Positions 52,701-64,000 of a stretch of 64,000 bases of DNA are shown here, one piece after another. The stretch is from assembly GCA_050230475.1 (NCBI GenBank), contig JBFLGF010000148.1, positions 1 through 64,000 on the forward strand, given 5' to 3'. The translations under genes and the position numbers were made by a program. Under the pieces are notes generated by a model. The model had not been told where the DNA came from, did not search any database, and was given only the letters and a program-made list of their open reading frames with translations. Each line of letters opens with the position of its first letter. Positions within the stretch are counted from its first letter, which is position 1. This DNA is from Ancylonema sp. (taxonomy: Eukaryota).

Positions 52701-55700
52701 CGGGCACATCAGAGCGAATTGCCCTTCACCAGCTCCTGGCGGAGGCCATGCGGGAGCTTGGAAATGTCATAGGTGCCACCAGGCAGGGCCCACCGAGCTG
52801 CTCAGTGCCCTGCGACATCGCCAGCAGCTGGAAATGTTGCGCACGCTACTCAGGGAAGTTCAGGGGGGAGGCAGAAGTGCAGATATTCAACATTATAGGG
52901 CACACAATTGAACATTGTAGAAAAAGAACATCTGACATGGCTCTAATGAACCCAGAAGCTGCTAGGAGGGCTGATGCACAAGCTAGACTTGCTCGCTTTG
53001 CTGACAAACCCTTCAACGCCAATGTGGATTATTTAGCATTCGGTGCTTTCTCGTTCGATGTTGCTCGGGCATTGTCTACTGGTTCTCACACAGACTCCCT
53101 GATCTTCTGGATTCAGGTGCTACCGACCACATTTTCACGGCACGTGAACATTTTGTGGAGTACACACCTACCCTGAGCACGCAGAAGGCCTACATCACCA
53201 CTGCTGACGGCTCGTCACACAAGGTGGAGGGCACTGGCTTCGTGCACATCCGAGTGAGGAATGGCGACGCTTTTTTTGTGCAGCCACTCAGCTCGATCCA
53301 CGTCCCAACCTTTGCCTGCACCCTCGTGTCGACATCGTGCCTCGTCAGAAGAGGTGGGGGCTGAGCTTTCTACTACTACAGCTGCCTGCCCGCCGGGGTC
53401 CTGAATTAACAAGGGAAATGTGAAATGGGCTGATGTGCTGCAGCAGCCTAGTGGTCTGACCTTGCTGCCACAATATCGTCAATTGCCTGGATCTCATGAT
53501 ACGAGAGCAAATTTGTCCACAGGCATGGTCTGGCATCACAAACTGGGTCACCCCAGTTCTGATGGGATGTCAGATTTTGTCAAACGTGGTGACATCCCAG
53601 AGTTAAGTCAGGGAGAATTAACTGAAGTAAGGGGATGTCAGGTTTGTTGTCAGGGGCAGATGATTCAGCTCAGTCATGCTAAGGTCAGTGAGGATCTGGG
53701 GACATGCCCCAAGATGGGTCGCATTCACCTGGATCTCATTGGACCATTGTCTGTTGCTAACGGAGGATTCACATATGCTCAGACAGGGATTGAGGTATCC
53801 ACACGTCTGTCATTTGTCAGTTTGCTAAAAACAAAGGATGAAGCACTGAACCGAGCAAAAGTCACTATACAATTGCTCGAGGTCCAGTCAGGGTTGCCAC
53901 TGCAGTCTATACGGAGAGACAAGGGTGGGGAGTATGTTTCTCAGGAGTGGATAAACTACTGTGGGGGGAAGGGTATTGACAAGCAAACCATAGAAGCATA
54001 TAGTCCTGAACAAAACGGAATCTGTGAAAGACTGAATAGAACATTGACCGAAAAAATGCGAATGCATATTAATCTGGTCAGGTCTACCGAAGTGTATTGG
54101 GATGTGGCATTATTACATGCAAACTGGTTACGGAACAGAACTCCCACTAAGTCGCTTGCTGCAGAATTCCAATTGAGTCTGGGAGGGAAAAACATGAAAA
54201 TGAACAAAAGTCAAATTTTGGGTGTCTGGTTCAATACTTGAAGGTTGGGGGGGAAAAGAACAGTCAAGGGGACAAGTTTGCCCCTCGCACTTGCTTTGGT
54301 GTGTTTTGGGGATGGCTGCGGGGAGTGCAGGCTACAACGTCTTCGACCCCCATAGGGTGGGGGTGATATCACGGCATGGACGTGGCGGTTTCTTCGAGGA
54401 GGTGCCCAGGGTACCCGAAGCTCTCATGGGGGGGAGAGCTCCCCAGGGTTTAGGAGGCAGCAGAAAAACACTTTTTCTACCTTTTCCCCGACCCTCAAGA
54501 TGAACCAGCTGCAGCAGTTGTGCCAGCAGCAGCAGTCCACCCCAACATGCCCAGCAGCAGCAGTCCACCCCAACCATACCAGCACCAGCAGTTATGCAAC
54601 CGATGCCAGCAGTTCTGCAGCCAATCCCAGCACCAGCAGAAGCAGCAGTCCCTGAGCCAGCAGCTGCCATCGACTATCCGCACGACAACTTCTAGCCACA
54701 AGCTGCCGAGGTCCCTAACGCCACGATTGTGCTGTCTGACAGCCAGTCAGGGATCAACAACGCAGGAGGTGGAGATGCAGGGGAGGAGGAGGTGTGCAAA
54801 GGGGGTGCGAACCCAGGAGTGGGGGAGCCAGGCAGCGTAGCTGATCGGGTGATGGCTAGAAGGCGAGCCAACTTTGCCGAGTATGGGGATCTCATGTGAT
54901 GTGATGGGGAGGAGTTCGATGACGCAGCTTACGCCAACTACTCAGCGACTGAGTGGGAGCCCAGCCAGTTTCTACACTGGCTTCAACGGTCCTGTGGATC
55001 CGGGCTACGCATGCGTAGCATCTAAAGCAACTCCTCCGAGCCACTCACCTAACCATGCGATGAGAGGCCAGACTGGGACCGTGGGACAGGAGCCCATTGT
55101 GGAAGAGCTCGCTGCCCTGGAGCGTTCAACACCTTTGAGGTGTGTGTACTTCCTCCAAGTAAAAGGTTGTGGGGTGCAGATATGTTTTTAAGGTCAAAAC
55201 AACACCACAGGGGGATATTGAAAGATATAAAGTCAGACTGGTCGCACAGGGATTCTTACAGCAAGAGGGTATTGACTATAACGAAGTTTGCACCAGTAAT
55301 CGACAGTACATCTATCACACTACTCCTCTCTATAGCCAACCAATATGACTGGGAACTAGAACAGATGGACGTAATCACAGCGTTCCTGCATGGACGTCTG
55401 GAAGAAGAAGTTTACATGAAAATACCACCACGGATGCATATCAATGGGGGTGCTGAGGGAAAGGTCTTACGACTGAAGAAGGGAGTATACGGTCTAAATC
55501 AGAGTAGCCACGTGTGGCAAGAGATGTTCAGAAAATTTATGATATCTGAAGGGTTTACACAATGCGTAATGGACACATGTATATATATGAGGGGGGAAGC
55601 AGACAGCAGAATCATACTGGGCATACATGTAGATGATCAGGTGATCACAGGTCCTAACGCAATGGTCGTCAAAACTTTTAAAGAAGATATGGGTAAAAAG

Positions 55701-58281
55701 TTCAAAGTCAAGGATCTGGGTCCCCTAACCCATATCCTGGGGGTGGAAGTGAAGAGGGATAGACAGAGAAGACTGCTCACACTGGGACAGTCAGGATTCT
55801 TAAGGGGAGTGCTTGAACGCTATGGGATGCATGAGTGTAATCCAACCAAACTCCCCCTCGCCCCTGGAACTCAATTTACACAAAATGATGAACCAACTCT
55901 TTCCCCTACCCCTGAAGAAATAACAGACTTTCGAGGGAAAGTGGGATCTCTCATATATGCCATGAAACAAACCAGACTGGACATCGGGTATGCACTTGGG
56001 GTACTGGCTAAACACATGGGAAATCCTGGGGTCGCACACATAAGGGCGTTACATCAACTATTCAGATACCTTAAAGGGAGTGTGAACCACGGACTGACGT
56101 TTGTGGGTAAGGACATATTTGAAGTAAAGGGTTACTGCGATGCATCATGGAACAGTTGCAGCATGACAGGCAAGTCAGTCACAGGATGGGTAACCACGGT
56201 TGGGGGGACAGCACTGAGTTGGAAGTCGCAGAAGCAGTCCATTGTTGCACAGAGCACTGCTGAGGCTGAATATATCGCTGCCTGTAGTGTGTCTAAAGAA
56301 TGCTGTTATCTAAAGTCTCTCTTGAAAGAACTCAAGTTCCCAAACCAAATCACAATCCACACTGACTCAAGCTCAGCTCTCTCCATGATCCAGAATCCTG
56401 TGCAACGACAGAAAGCAAAAACACTTTAATGTGGTATATCACTGGGTACGGGAATGCCACAGCACGGGGAGACTCTAAAATATGTGTATCTTGCAGGCGC
56501 CAATCAACACACCCGAGCAGATATGCTAACACCCTAAAGCTCTACCCCAAGTTTTACTGGACAGACACAGCAAAAGTCTAGGTTTTGGACGGTTATACTG
56601 AACTGGGGGTGTCAGTTAGTTTTCTTTTATTTTTATGATCGAAGGTTTCGAATGCCATGCATGTTGGCAGGGGGTGTGTTGTTATGTTTCTTTTCAGGCA
56701 GAAGTAATGGGGAGGTACACCAACTTCAGCTCATCCAGCTAAGTCACATTTTCACCTAATACCTTGAAAAGACACTTGAAAACGTTTAAGGACACTTTAA
56801 AATCAGAAAGTGTGAATCTGCTCAACTTTAAACTTGTCAGTTGTTCTGAATTTCCGAATGTATGTTCTAATCATTGTTGCAAAACTTGTGTCAAAAGTTG
56901 GTGCTGATAGGACTGGTAATTTTGAAGTTATGCTGTTTTGAGATTTTTCTGACTAGAAAGTGTAAAGTTTCAGAATCGTGAAGTTGAAAAAGTTAAGAAA
57001 TCAAAAATATTTTCATAAGTTTTTTGTTTTTCGCCTAGCTTGTGGTATTTGTTTGTATGTTCAGGGCTTCGGGCCCGAAAAACGACTAAGGATCTGGAGC
57101 GATCTCTTCTGGAGTTCCGATCGGCTTCCGATTCGTCTAGCGTCGTCTTCCGAACGGCTGCAGTTATTGATAGAACCCCTAGCACGCTTGTATGCTAGGG
57201 AAGACCGAAACTGTTTTATATGTTATGCAATGGCCATGATTTGGCAATGACTGGGGTACTCCTTTTGATGTCTGCATCTATGCCAACTTTAGCATGGCAT
57301 CCGAGGGGGTGTGAGAATATTTTGGATAGCCATTATGCGTGCTAGTCCAGTTGTGACCGGTTAATCTAACCGGGAGCAATATTCTAGATGTGCCTGTATG
57401 CGGGGCCGGGCAAGTTTGTGCCCGGGCACCTGACATGTTTCCGACGCTTAGAGACGTTATTTGTTTGAAGCGTCGTGATTGGCTTGTTTAGTCGTGTCAG
57501 AAATTTCCGGCATGTGCCGTTGACATGTAGAAGAGCTGTCAGTCAATGATAGGCCGACGGTCATTGTCCGACCGTCGGCACACAACAATCTGTAAAGCAC
57601 ATCGGGTATTACCATCCCCGATGCAATCACAATAATAATCGTTCCACACCGCAACTCCTCTCTCGTTGATCATCGTGATAGAATCCTTTTGCGTACGGTT
57701 CGTTTTGTCGCCCACCTAATTATTCCGGCACGTCTAATCACTCAAAAGCTTATAACAATTGCAACCAAGTCGGACACTACAAGAAATACTCCAATTTACC
57801 AATGAAATTTGCAGCACCTACCGGACCTACGCAACCTTATCGACCTTCAAATTAACAATCTACCGGTCAAAAACCTCAAGGAAATTACAAAGGAGATTCT
57901 TATGGACAACAACGCATGAATCAAGTTCCTAAACCTCGACAGTTCGGACCAAAAGCTTACACGAAAGGAGCAACATACACTAATTATGGCAAGATGAACC
58001 ACATAGCTCCACAATGCCAACGACCACGCAACGGTCAACACTTGACGTCACCCGTCCCTCCAATCTCATTGGATCTACCGGCAGTACCAGAAGTACAACG
58101 CATCACTTGGAAGGACCAGCAACAACCTGATCCAAGCCTCACATTCATGGAAAAAGAACCTGCAAATGACATCGATCCAATGCAAGAGTCTAGTGTCGAT
58201 GACCTCGCCGACATAACCTATTTGCAATTCCTTAAGAAGTTCAAATCCTTCAAAAATTATGGCAGGAAGCGGTTAAGGTAG
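49709..58281 (+). pseudogene. gag of family 2, split by copia copy 2 inside the first zinc knuckle
   Basis: Removing the copia and one TSD restores ITCYNCNQVGHYKKYS. A second decayed knuckle reads TYTNYGKMNHIAPQC. Frameshifts are present. Confidence 0.75.
51149..57754 (+). mobile_element. Ty1/copia LTR retrotransposon, copy 2 (LTRs 51149-51600 and ~57312-57754; TSD ACAAT)
   Basis: Same family as copy 1. PBS GGTTATGGGCCCA at 51601-51613; IN ORF 53420-54241; RT-RH ORF 55140-56429. ACAAT at 51144-51148 and 57755-57759. Confidence 0.95.
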
Positions 58282-58899
58282 ACATACCACAACAAAATAC
58301 GCTTACCCCAAGAAAATCCCCAAGAGTTGCGCAATTTGAACTTCGTCGGCAAACTTCGAGTTTACCAGAATCCTCTACTTCACTACCTAGACCAACGTTG
58401 ACATCACTTCCACCTGAACGCGAAACTCAAGCATAAGAAGAAGCAACAATTACCAATCATCCTGTTACTCGCAATGATGTATACCCACCAGAACATGAAG
58501 ACACAGGACGTTTTTATGTAGAAAGACCAGACTATGGAAGAAGACGTGGATATAGCGTTGAAATGCCGGAAACATGGATTCCTGAATTCTTTGATAATAT
58601 CACACCAGGCACGGTTAACTTGGATGACCCAACGTTCACTGACCCGCCACCACCATTACCCCTTCCTCAGGCACATGCGGTTACCGATAAACTTATCATG
58701 ATGCAAATCGAGCTCCAAAAACTCGTCATCAACCAGAGTAAGGCCATAGCCATGGCATACGACCTCGTCCACAAGCGAGAGAACCCCTCTCCTCAGCTGT
58801 CGGCAATCCTCAAGGCTACGAAGGAAATCCCGATGGAAAACACCTACAAGCCTCCACACGCAATAAAGAAAAGTGAGCTCACCATGGATACTTATCAAA

Positions 58900-59340
58900 T
58901 CACAACGATTGATAATAACACCGGAATTTGCCACATGAATGGAAAAATACCAACGAAACCTGTCATTGATTCGGGAGCACAAAATACTATGATTGGTATT
59001 AATTACCGAAAGACTCTCAACATTACCGATGACGATTTACGACCTGGTTCGCAATACACTACGGCATGAGGCGACATTCAAACGAGCATGGGCAGCACAA
59101 AATAAAAAATTCCCATTATCTTGGGAGCGGGCACACCAAATCCAACAACGGTGTGGACAGAGTTGCACCTTTCCCCATCCAAAGATTTCGATTTACTTAT
59201 GGGCACTCTTTTCATCGCCACACTCGGAGGATGCATCGAATCCCGAGAAAATAAGTTATTCTACCGAGCCGATTGGGCTCATGGCGGACATTGCCTCACA
59301 AGCGTTCCCATTACCGTCCAAGGACCTCCCAAGGTAATTC
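58900..59340 (+). pseudogene. Aspartic protease of family 2 (one in-frame stop)
   Basis: KPVIDSGAQNTMIG, GAGTPNPTTVWTELHLSPSKDFDLLMG; homologous to 40660-41583. Confidence 0.8.
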
Positions 59341-59826
59341 CACAAATCCACATGGCAGACTACCATATTAAAAATCGAACAACAAATGACATGCATCGAA
59401 ACAAAGTCTACGACAACAACATTCGACAACAACCATTATCTGCTAGTGTGTTGTCCCTGCCCACTCCTCATTTACCCAACATACGAAAATCGGTGATAAA
59501 AATTGCAACATTACACATATTTACTCATGAGGACAAAGAATACGAGTACCCTGCATGGATGGTTACCCCTTCTAATCGAACATTCAGTGACTTTCTACGA
59601 AAAATACTTTGACGCTGCATCTCCGTATATTGCACGCAAGCATGACTACCGCGCGAAACAAATGGCGTTTGACAATCTTATGCTCAGTCAAGAAAGTGAA
59701 CAACTTCTGCACAAGATGCTGCTTACCGCAAAAGCAAAGTCCCCATGGCAACCCGTTTGGCCTGGCATTCTATATGACGACTATAATTGCATTACCCCAC
59801 CAGTTCGACTGATCGACCCAAAATAT

Positions 59827-60843
59827 GGCCTTCAAGTATGGTTACCATTCGCAGGTATCGACCTTTTTGGACTCATCATGCTACTCGAAGGATGATTCCG
59901 CATCTCTACCCTTACCACTCAAGAAGAAGACCCGGAGGCACGTATGTCACAACGTCGCCAAGTGAAAGACATTCAAACACTCTTCCCATACCAATTACCT
60001 AACTTTATGTTACATGGCTTTGATACAAGATTACCAAACTCATTGGTGAATACAACGAGTACCAATCTCTCCAACATGATAATGACTCACGGACCAATCG
60101 ACTTCATGTGCGGCAATTGGCACACCGAGGCGATCCGTAATCAGACACCCGTTACCACAATTAAAGATCCTCGAGTGGCAGCCCTGTTTACACTACTAGC
60201 ACTCGTTCAACAACTTCAGAAGATGCAGCCATTCATACCGACATACATGTTTTACAACCATACCAAACCAACTGATTACCCTCAGTGGTCTAAGGAACTC
60301 GTACATGCAGTATCAAAATTTCTTGGAGAAATGATAACAGTCAATGCTTTACAACTTGGTTCCCACTCTTACCGACAAACACATATCTGGCAGAATACAT
60401 TTCCTAATGGACATCTTCGAGCAGCTGTTCCCAACGATAGATGGATTTCAAAAATCGAACGGTTGCTCAACCCTAGACATCAAGAACATGACAAAGGCGC
60501 CAACAAATATAAGTATCAGAGCAACTATTACCAATCCCTTGACGAGAAACAATTCATGCCACCAATTACCCCTTACCAAGCCACCCCAGACTATGTTTTA
60601 CGATGGCGACCACATTTATGCCAGTACACATACGGCGAAGGGATGTTGAAAGACAACACCAACAACCATTGGGTGTCACCAACACCTGACGAGCGTGCGA
60701 GATTTTTACATTACAGCTTGGATGATATATCCATGCCTGCCCACCCGGATACCAATTACCTCAAAAAAGGCAACTGCCAACTCCTTGGAAGAATGATGGA
60801 CACTAAAATTTGTGCTTGGTATGGCGGTCTACTTGGTGCATTT
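59827..60843 (+). pseudogene. C5-cytosine-methyltransferase-fold domain lacking catalytic residues (family 2)
   Basis: GLQVWLPFAGI, GPIDFMCGNWHTE (60091-60129), LVQQLQKMQP..PTYMFYN, NALQLGSHSYRQTHIWQN, PTPDERARFLHY and LLGRMMD. One stop at 59893. Confidence 0.72.
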
Positions 60844-63800
60844 CATCAACAATCCCAGAATCTGGGGGGTAGCGTCACTACAACACCAACAATTCCCCAG
60901 CCAGAGCCGATTCCATCTACATCCAACACCCCTCTCTCGGACTTTGAGTTTGAAACATCCGACACCAGTTCTGACAACGATTACCCTTTCTCCTTCCCCG
61001 TACATGTGGACTATATGGAAGAAGATATCAATACAACTCCACTTGGTTCGAGCTCTACAGTTTCTTCATCCACAACAGCCGCGACCATCCCAAAAAACAA
61101 AGACAACAAGACATTACTAGACTTACCCTAGAGTCTCCCGATTGACTTCAAAGATCCCAATCCTCAACACAATGTGCAAATGATACATTACTAGGATGAA
61201 CCAGTGATACATTTATGCCCACAACAAGTTACCAAGACTCACAAAAATGAACATACCATAAAAAAAGAACATGTTTTAGACCCTGTCAAGACAACATGCG
61301 ATGACACATACTTGTTTATCGATGGCATTTATGGTTTTGCAAAACACAAGTTACCTTTGATATCGGAATCTGAATCCAAAATATTTTTACTTCCATTTAC
61401 ATCTGCTACAATATCTGCATACCCTGATGCTGTGATGACTACACCTTCAACAATATCGACAACTTGTCATTTTTTAGCTTCAGAAAGCAATCGTTGTGCT
61501 ACATCCTTACATGCTACAATTTGTGATTGTGATCCTAATCACTTTACCCTCTTCTATTGATTAACCACATGTGAACGCATAGCTCTTCAATTTGGGGGGG
61601 GGGAGTTACGATATTCCAGCCCCCTATCCCCACTTCCACTACATCGACAAGACCCCCTTCTGTCGATACATTAAGTGCGATTACCCCTTCATCGACTGAT
61701 TCCATCATCGATGACCCATTTACCCTACCGATCTCATCTAGCACGTCACCTGTCATGCCTGTATGAATCGTCAGCTAGAAACCCCTTTGTTTTAATCAGA
61801 ATATTAAAATAGCCGCACCGCTATATTTTTCCGCCATGCCACGACTCCGCCCCCGCTCATTTCATTCCGAGCTTCGTCGGTGACCGGCGCCCTGTTATTA
61901 ACTTTCGAGTAGGCAATCTTTGACTAGCTCCACTTTGTATTTGAATTGATTGGACCACGTGTCAGACTTGTCACCAAAATCAATCGTGACCGTAGCTCTT
62001 TAGATCAACAACTCAGAATCAATTAGAGATGCCTGCACCCAATTATAGCGTGTGCGCCGAGTTGATTTAGATATTCCTTGCCACGCGTATCCCAGCGAGC
62101 GCGCGAGTAGAATATTCGAGTTTGACAATAAAGACTCTTGTAAAACTTTCAATTCTCAGCTTTCGCTGCGCTGAATTTGTCGCTGAAGAGATTTTCCTTG
62201 CGCACCATTGTTTTCCTCGACACTCTCAATTCGTTGCCTTGCGCAATCTGATTTGCTTTCGCAACATCGTGTGTATCAAGCGTTCGCTCATTTGTGATTA
62301 CTTTGCATCAAGCTGTCGCTTTGTGATTTGTGAATTACCATTGTTACCGAAGTTATCGATGGTCTGACCTGTTGCGCAGTCAGAAATCACTTGTTTGAAT
62401 TACCGAGCGTTCGCTCTCCGTGCAATCCATTCGCACATCTATTTTGCTGCTATTGACAAGTTTTGCATATCTGTATCATAATCGATTGCTTGCTGATCAA
62501 GAATTGACGCATCTGTTGCTGGAATCTTGTGTCGCTCTCGTTACTTTGAAGCCGTCAAGTAAGAGCAGAGTGTGATAGCATGCTAGCAGTGAGTAGTACA
62601 ACGAATAAAGCTCGAAAACTGCCTCGTTTGTGTGATGGTTTACAATCACTGCCGCGCTTCAAGCGAGCACCGTACTCTCACTTACGATATTCCAGCCCCC
62701 TATTTGCACTTCCACTACATCGACAAGACCCCTTTCTGTCGATACTTTGAGTGCGATTACCCCTTCATCGACTGATTCCATCATCGATGACCCATTTACC
62801 CTACCGATCTCATCTGGCACGTCATGTGTGTGTGTGTGTGTGTTTGTTTAATTCAATATGAATCTGTTGGTGACGCTCTTTCTGAGCCAGCCGTATAATC
62901 GATTGCAATTTCTTGCGTCGATTCGCTGACGCTCTCTCCGAGCCAGGAAGCGTGTGTGTGTATGTGAAATCTGTCAATTTGCTGACGTTCGCTCCGAACC
63001 AGCACTGTAGTTGTTTCATTGTTGTGTATGCTCTTGCTCGCACCGAGCCAACAATTGTTGTTTACATTTGTCTGCTGACGCTCTTACTAAGCCATTATCG
63101 TTTATTTATACGCCACCAATACTTTGCTTTCGCACCGAAAGTAACTCTTACGTTTGTTGACCCTAGTAGTCTGCACCAGACTATTCTGTTTGTGCTAAAG
63201 TATTTTCCACGACTTTAGTACTGTAGTACATTTGTCAGCTTGCCCTCAGCGTTAAGTAGTGAATTTCACCAGACCGCTGAGACGTGTGATAGATATAATA
63301 TTGATATCTTAGCAGAGACTCAATGTGCGATACTACTTAGTGAGAGCAGCTCGACCACCAATACCATCAGAGACCCTTCGACCACCTCAGACCATCATCG
63401 ATACAAGCGCAGTCAACATCATCGCCAGATCGCCAAGGGCATTACCTCATGCATCATTGTGAGAAACATTTGTACCAAATTGTTGAGTACAACATCCTAG
63501 GCGGCCGAATCCAAACCGCACGTCAGATTTGGGGCAGCCTATTGTTACATGTGCGGTGCCCAAGTTGGCGTCCGGGCCGAAGCGGCGCCACATTTTGCGA
63601 CCCCTTTGGTTCCCCTGTAGCACTTGCTCTCTTAAGGTGTATATACACTTCATTGTACTCCTCTTTCTGGGAACATTTCCCCTTACACTTTTGACTTTCG
63701 GCCGTGTACATGTCGTTCTCAACCTTTGCATAACGATTTCAATTGAGTGGTAGGAATGTCTTTTAATCTATCGCACGTGTGTTTTTCATAGCGTGCGTGA

Positions 63801-64000
63801 CACCCAAGCGTCATTCCGCGCCTTGGCTAGTCGTTCCCGGAAAGAATAATGAGCCCACGATTTGATGTCGTGGCTTCGCGACAGTAACGGACGCCTTGTT
63901 CGAAGCAGCTGCAGCGGCCCTAGCAGTTCAGACTCTAGTGCTGAATCCTCGGACGCTCGCTTTCTATGAGCTGCGACACTTGGAGCAGAAGAACCACGTG

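Larger units (their letters stand above)
45849..62824 (+). mobile_element. Family 2 split-repeat element, structurally complete: A1 45849-46456 + 47794-~48114, ~1.6-kb leader, gag, protease, DNMT-like domain, PPT 61594-61605, B1 61606-61748, CC, A2 61751-62679, B2 62682-62824
   Basis: A1 and A2 are highly similar over ~930 bp; B1/B2 is a 143-bp repeat. Inserted at a TG microsatellite of a family 1 A repeat, so the TSD is ambiguous. No RT/RH/IN outside the nested copia. Confidence 0.88.
42495..63525 (+). mobile_element. Family 1 split-repeat element, 3' part: degenerate DNMT-like region 43248-44074, PPT 45016-45027, B1 45028-45212, CC, A2 45215-45848 + 62825-63338 (interrupted by family 2), AG, B2 63341-63525
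   Basis: Motifs GLHVYLPFGGL, GNYHTE, HRPTKVWTN and SPFEIERALG..HLAHMMD. A2 resumes after 62824. B2 ends CACGTCA. Confidence 0.8.

Noticed and set aside
59827..60843. Active DNA methyltransferase or bacterial restriction-modification gene
   Set aside because: The catalytic Cys, ENV Glu and second motif VIII Arg are absent, and the domain lies inside a retroelement polyprotein region.
63526..64000. Possible gene start at the window end
   Set aside because: Too short, with no recognisable motif or supported splice structure.

Overview
Eukaryotic, plant-lineage genomic DNA, most consistent with a streptophyte alga or early land plant (inference from plant-like spliced genes and TE types). It contains two intact host genes: an AN1/C2H2 zinc-finger stress-associated protein (628-2728, 3 exons) and an MBOAT lysophospholipid acyltransferase of the LPLAT/LPCAT type (14926-19223, 8 exons). 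Most of the rest is a nest of transposable elements, including two copies of one Ty1/copia family, a canonical solo LTR, MITEs and microsatellites. The main finding is a set of three sequence-distinct Ty3/gypsy-related families that share an unusual architecture: split direct repeats A1-[internal]-PPT(GnAG)-B1-NN-A2-AG-B2, with TGTCRT...ACGTCA termini and 4-bp TSDs where these can be checked. They have no tRNA PBS; instead, a Tf1-like self-complementary primer site follows A1. One family encodes a DDE integrase fused to a PHD finger. The other two encode only Gag, protease and a C5-DNA-methyltransferase-fold domain whose catalytic motif is replaced by a conserved GN(W/Y)HTE. The layout is what would be expected if a 2-LTR circle were integrated through an att site inside the LTR (inference). 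All domain calls come from motif recognition by eye, not from database searches.
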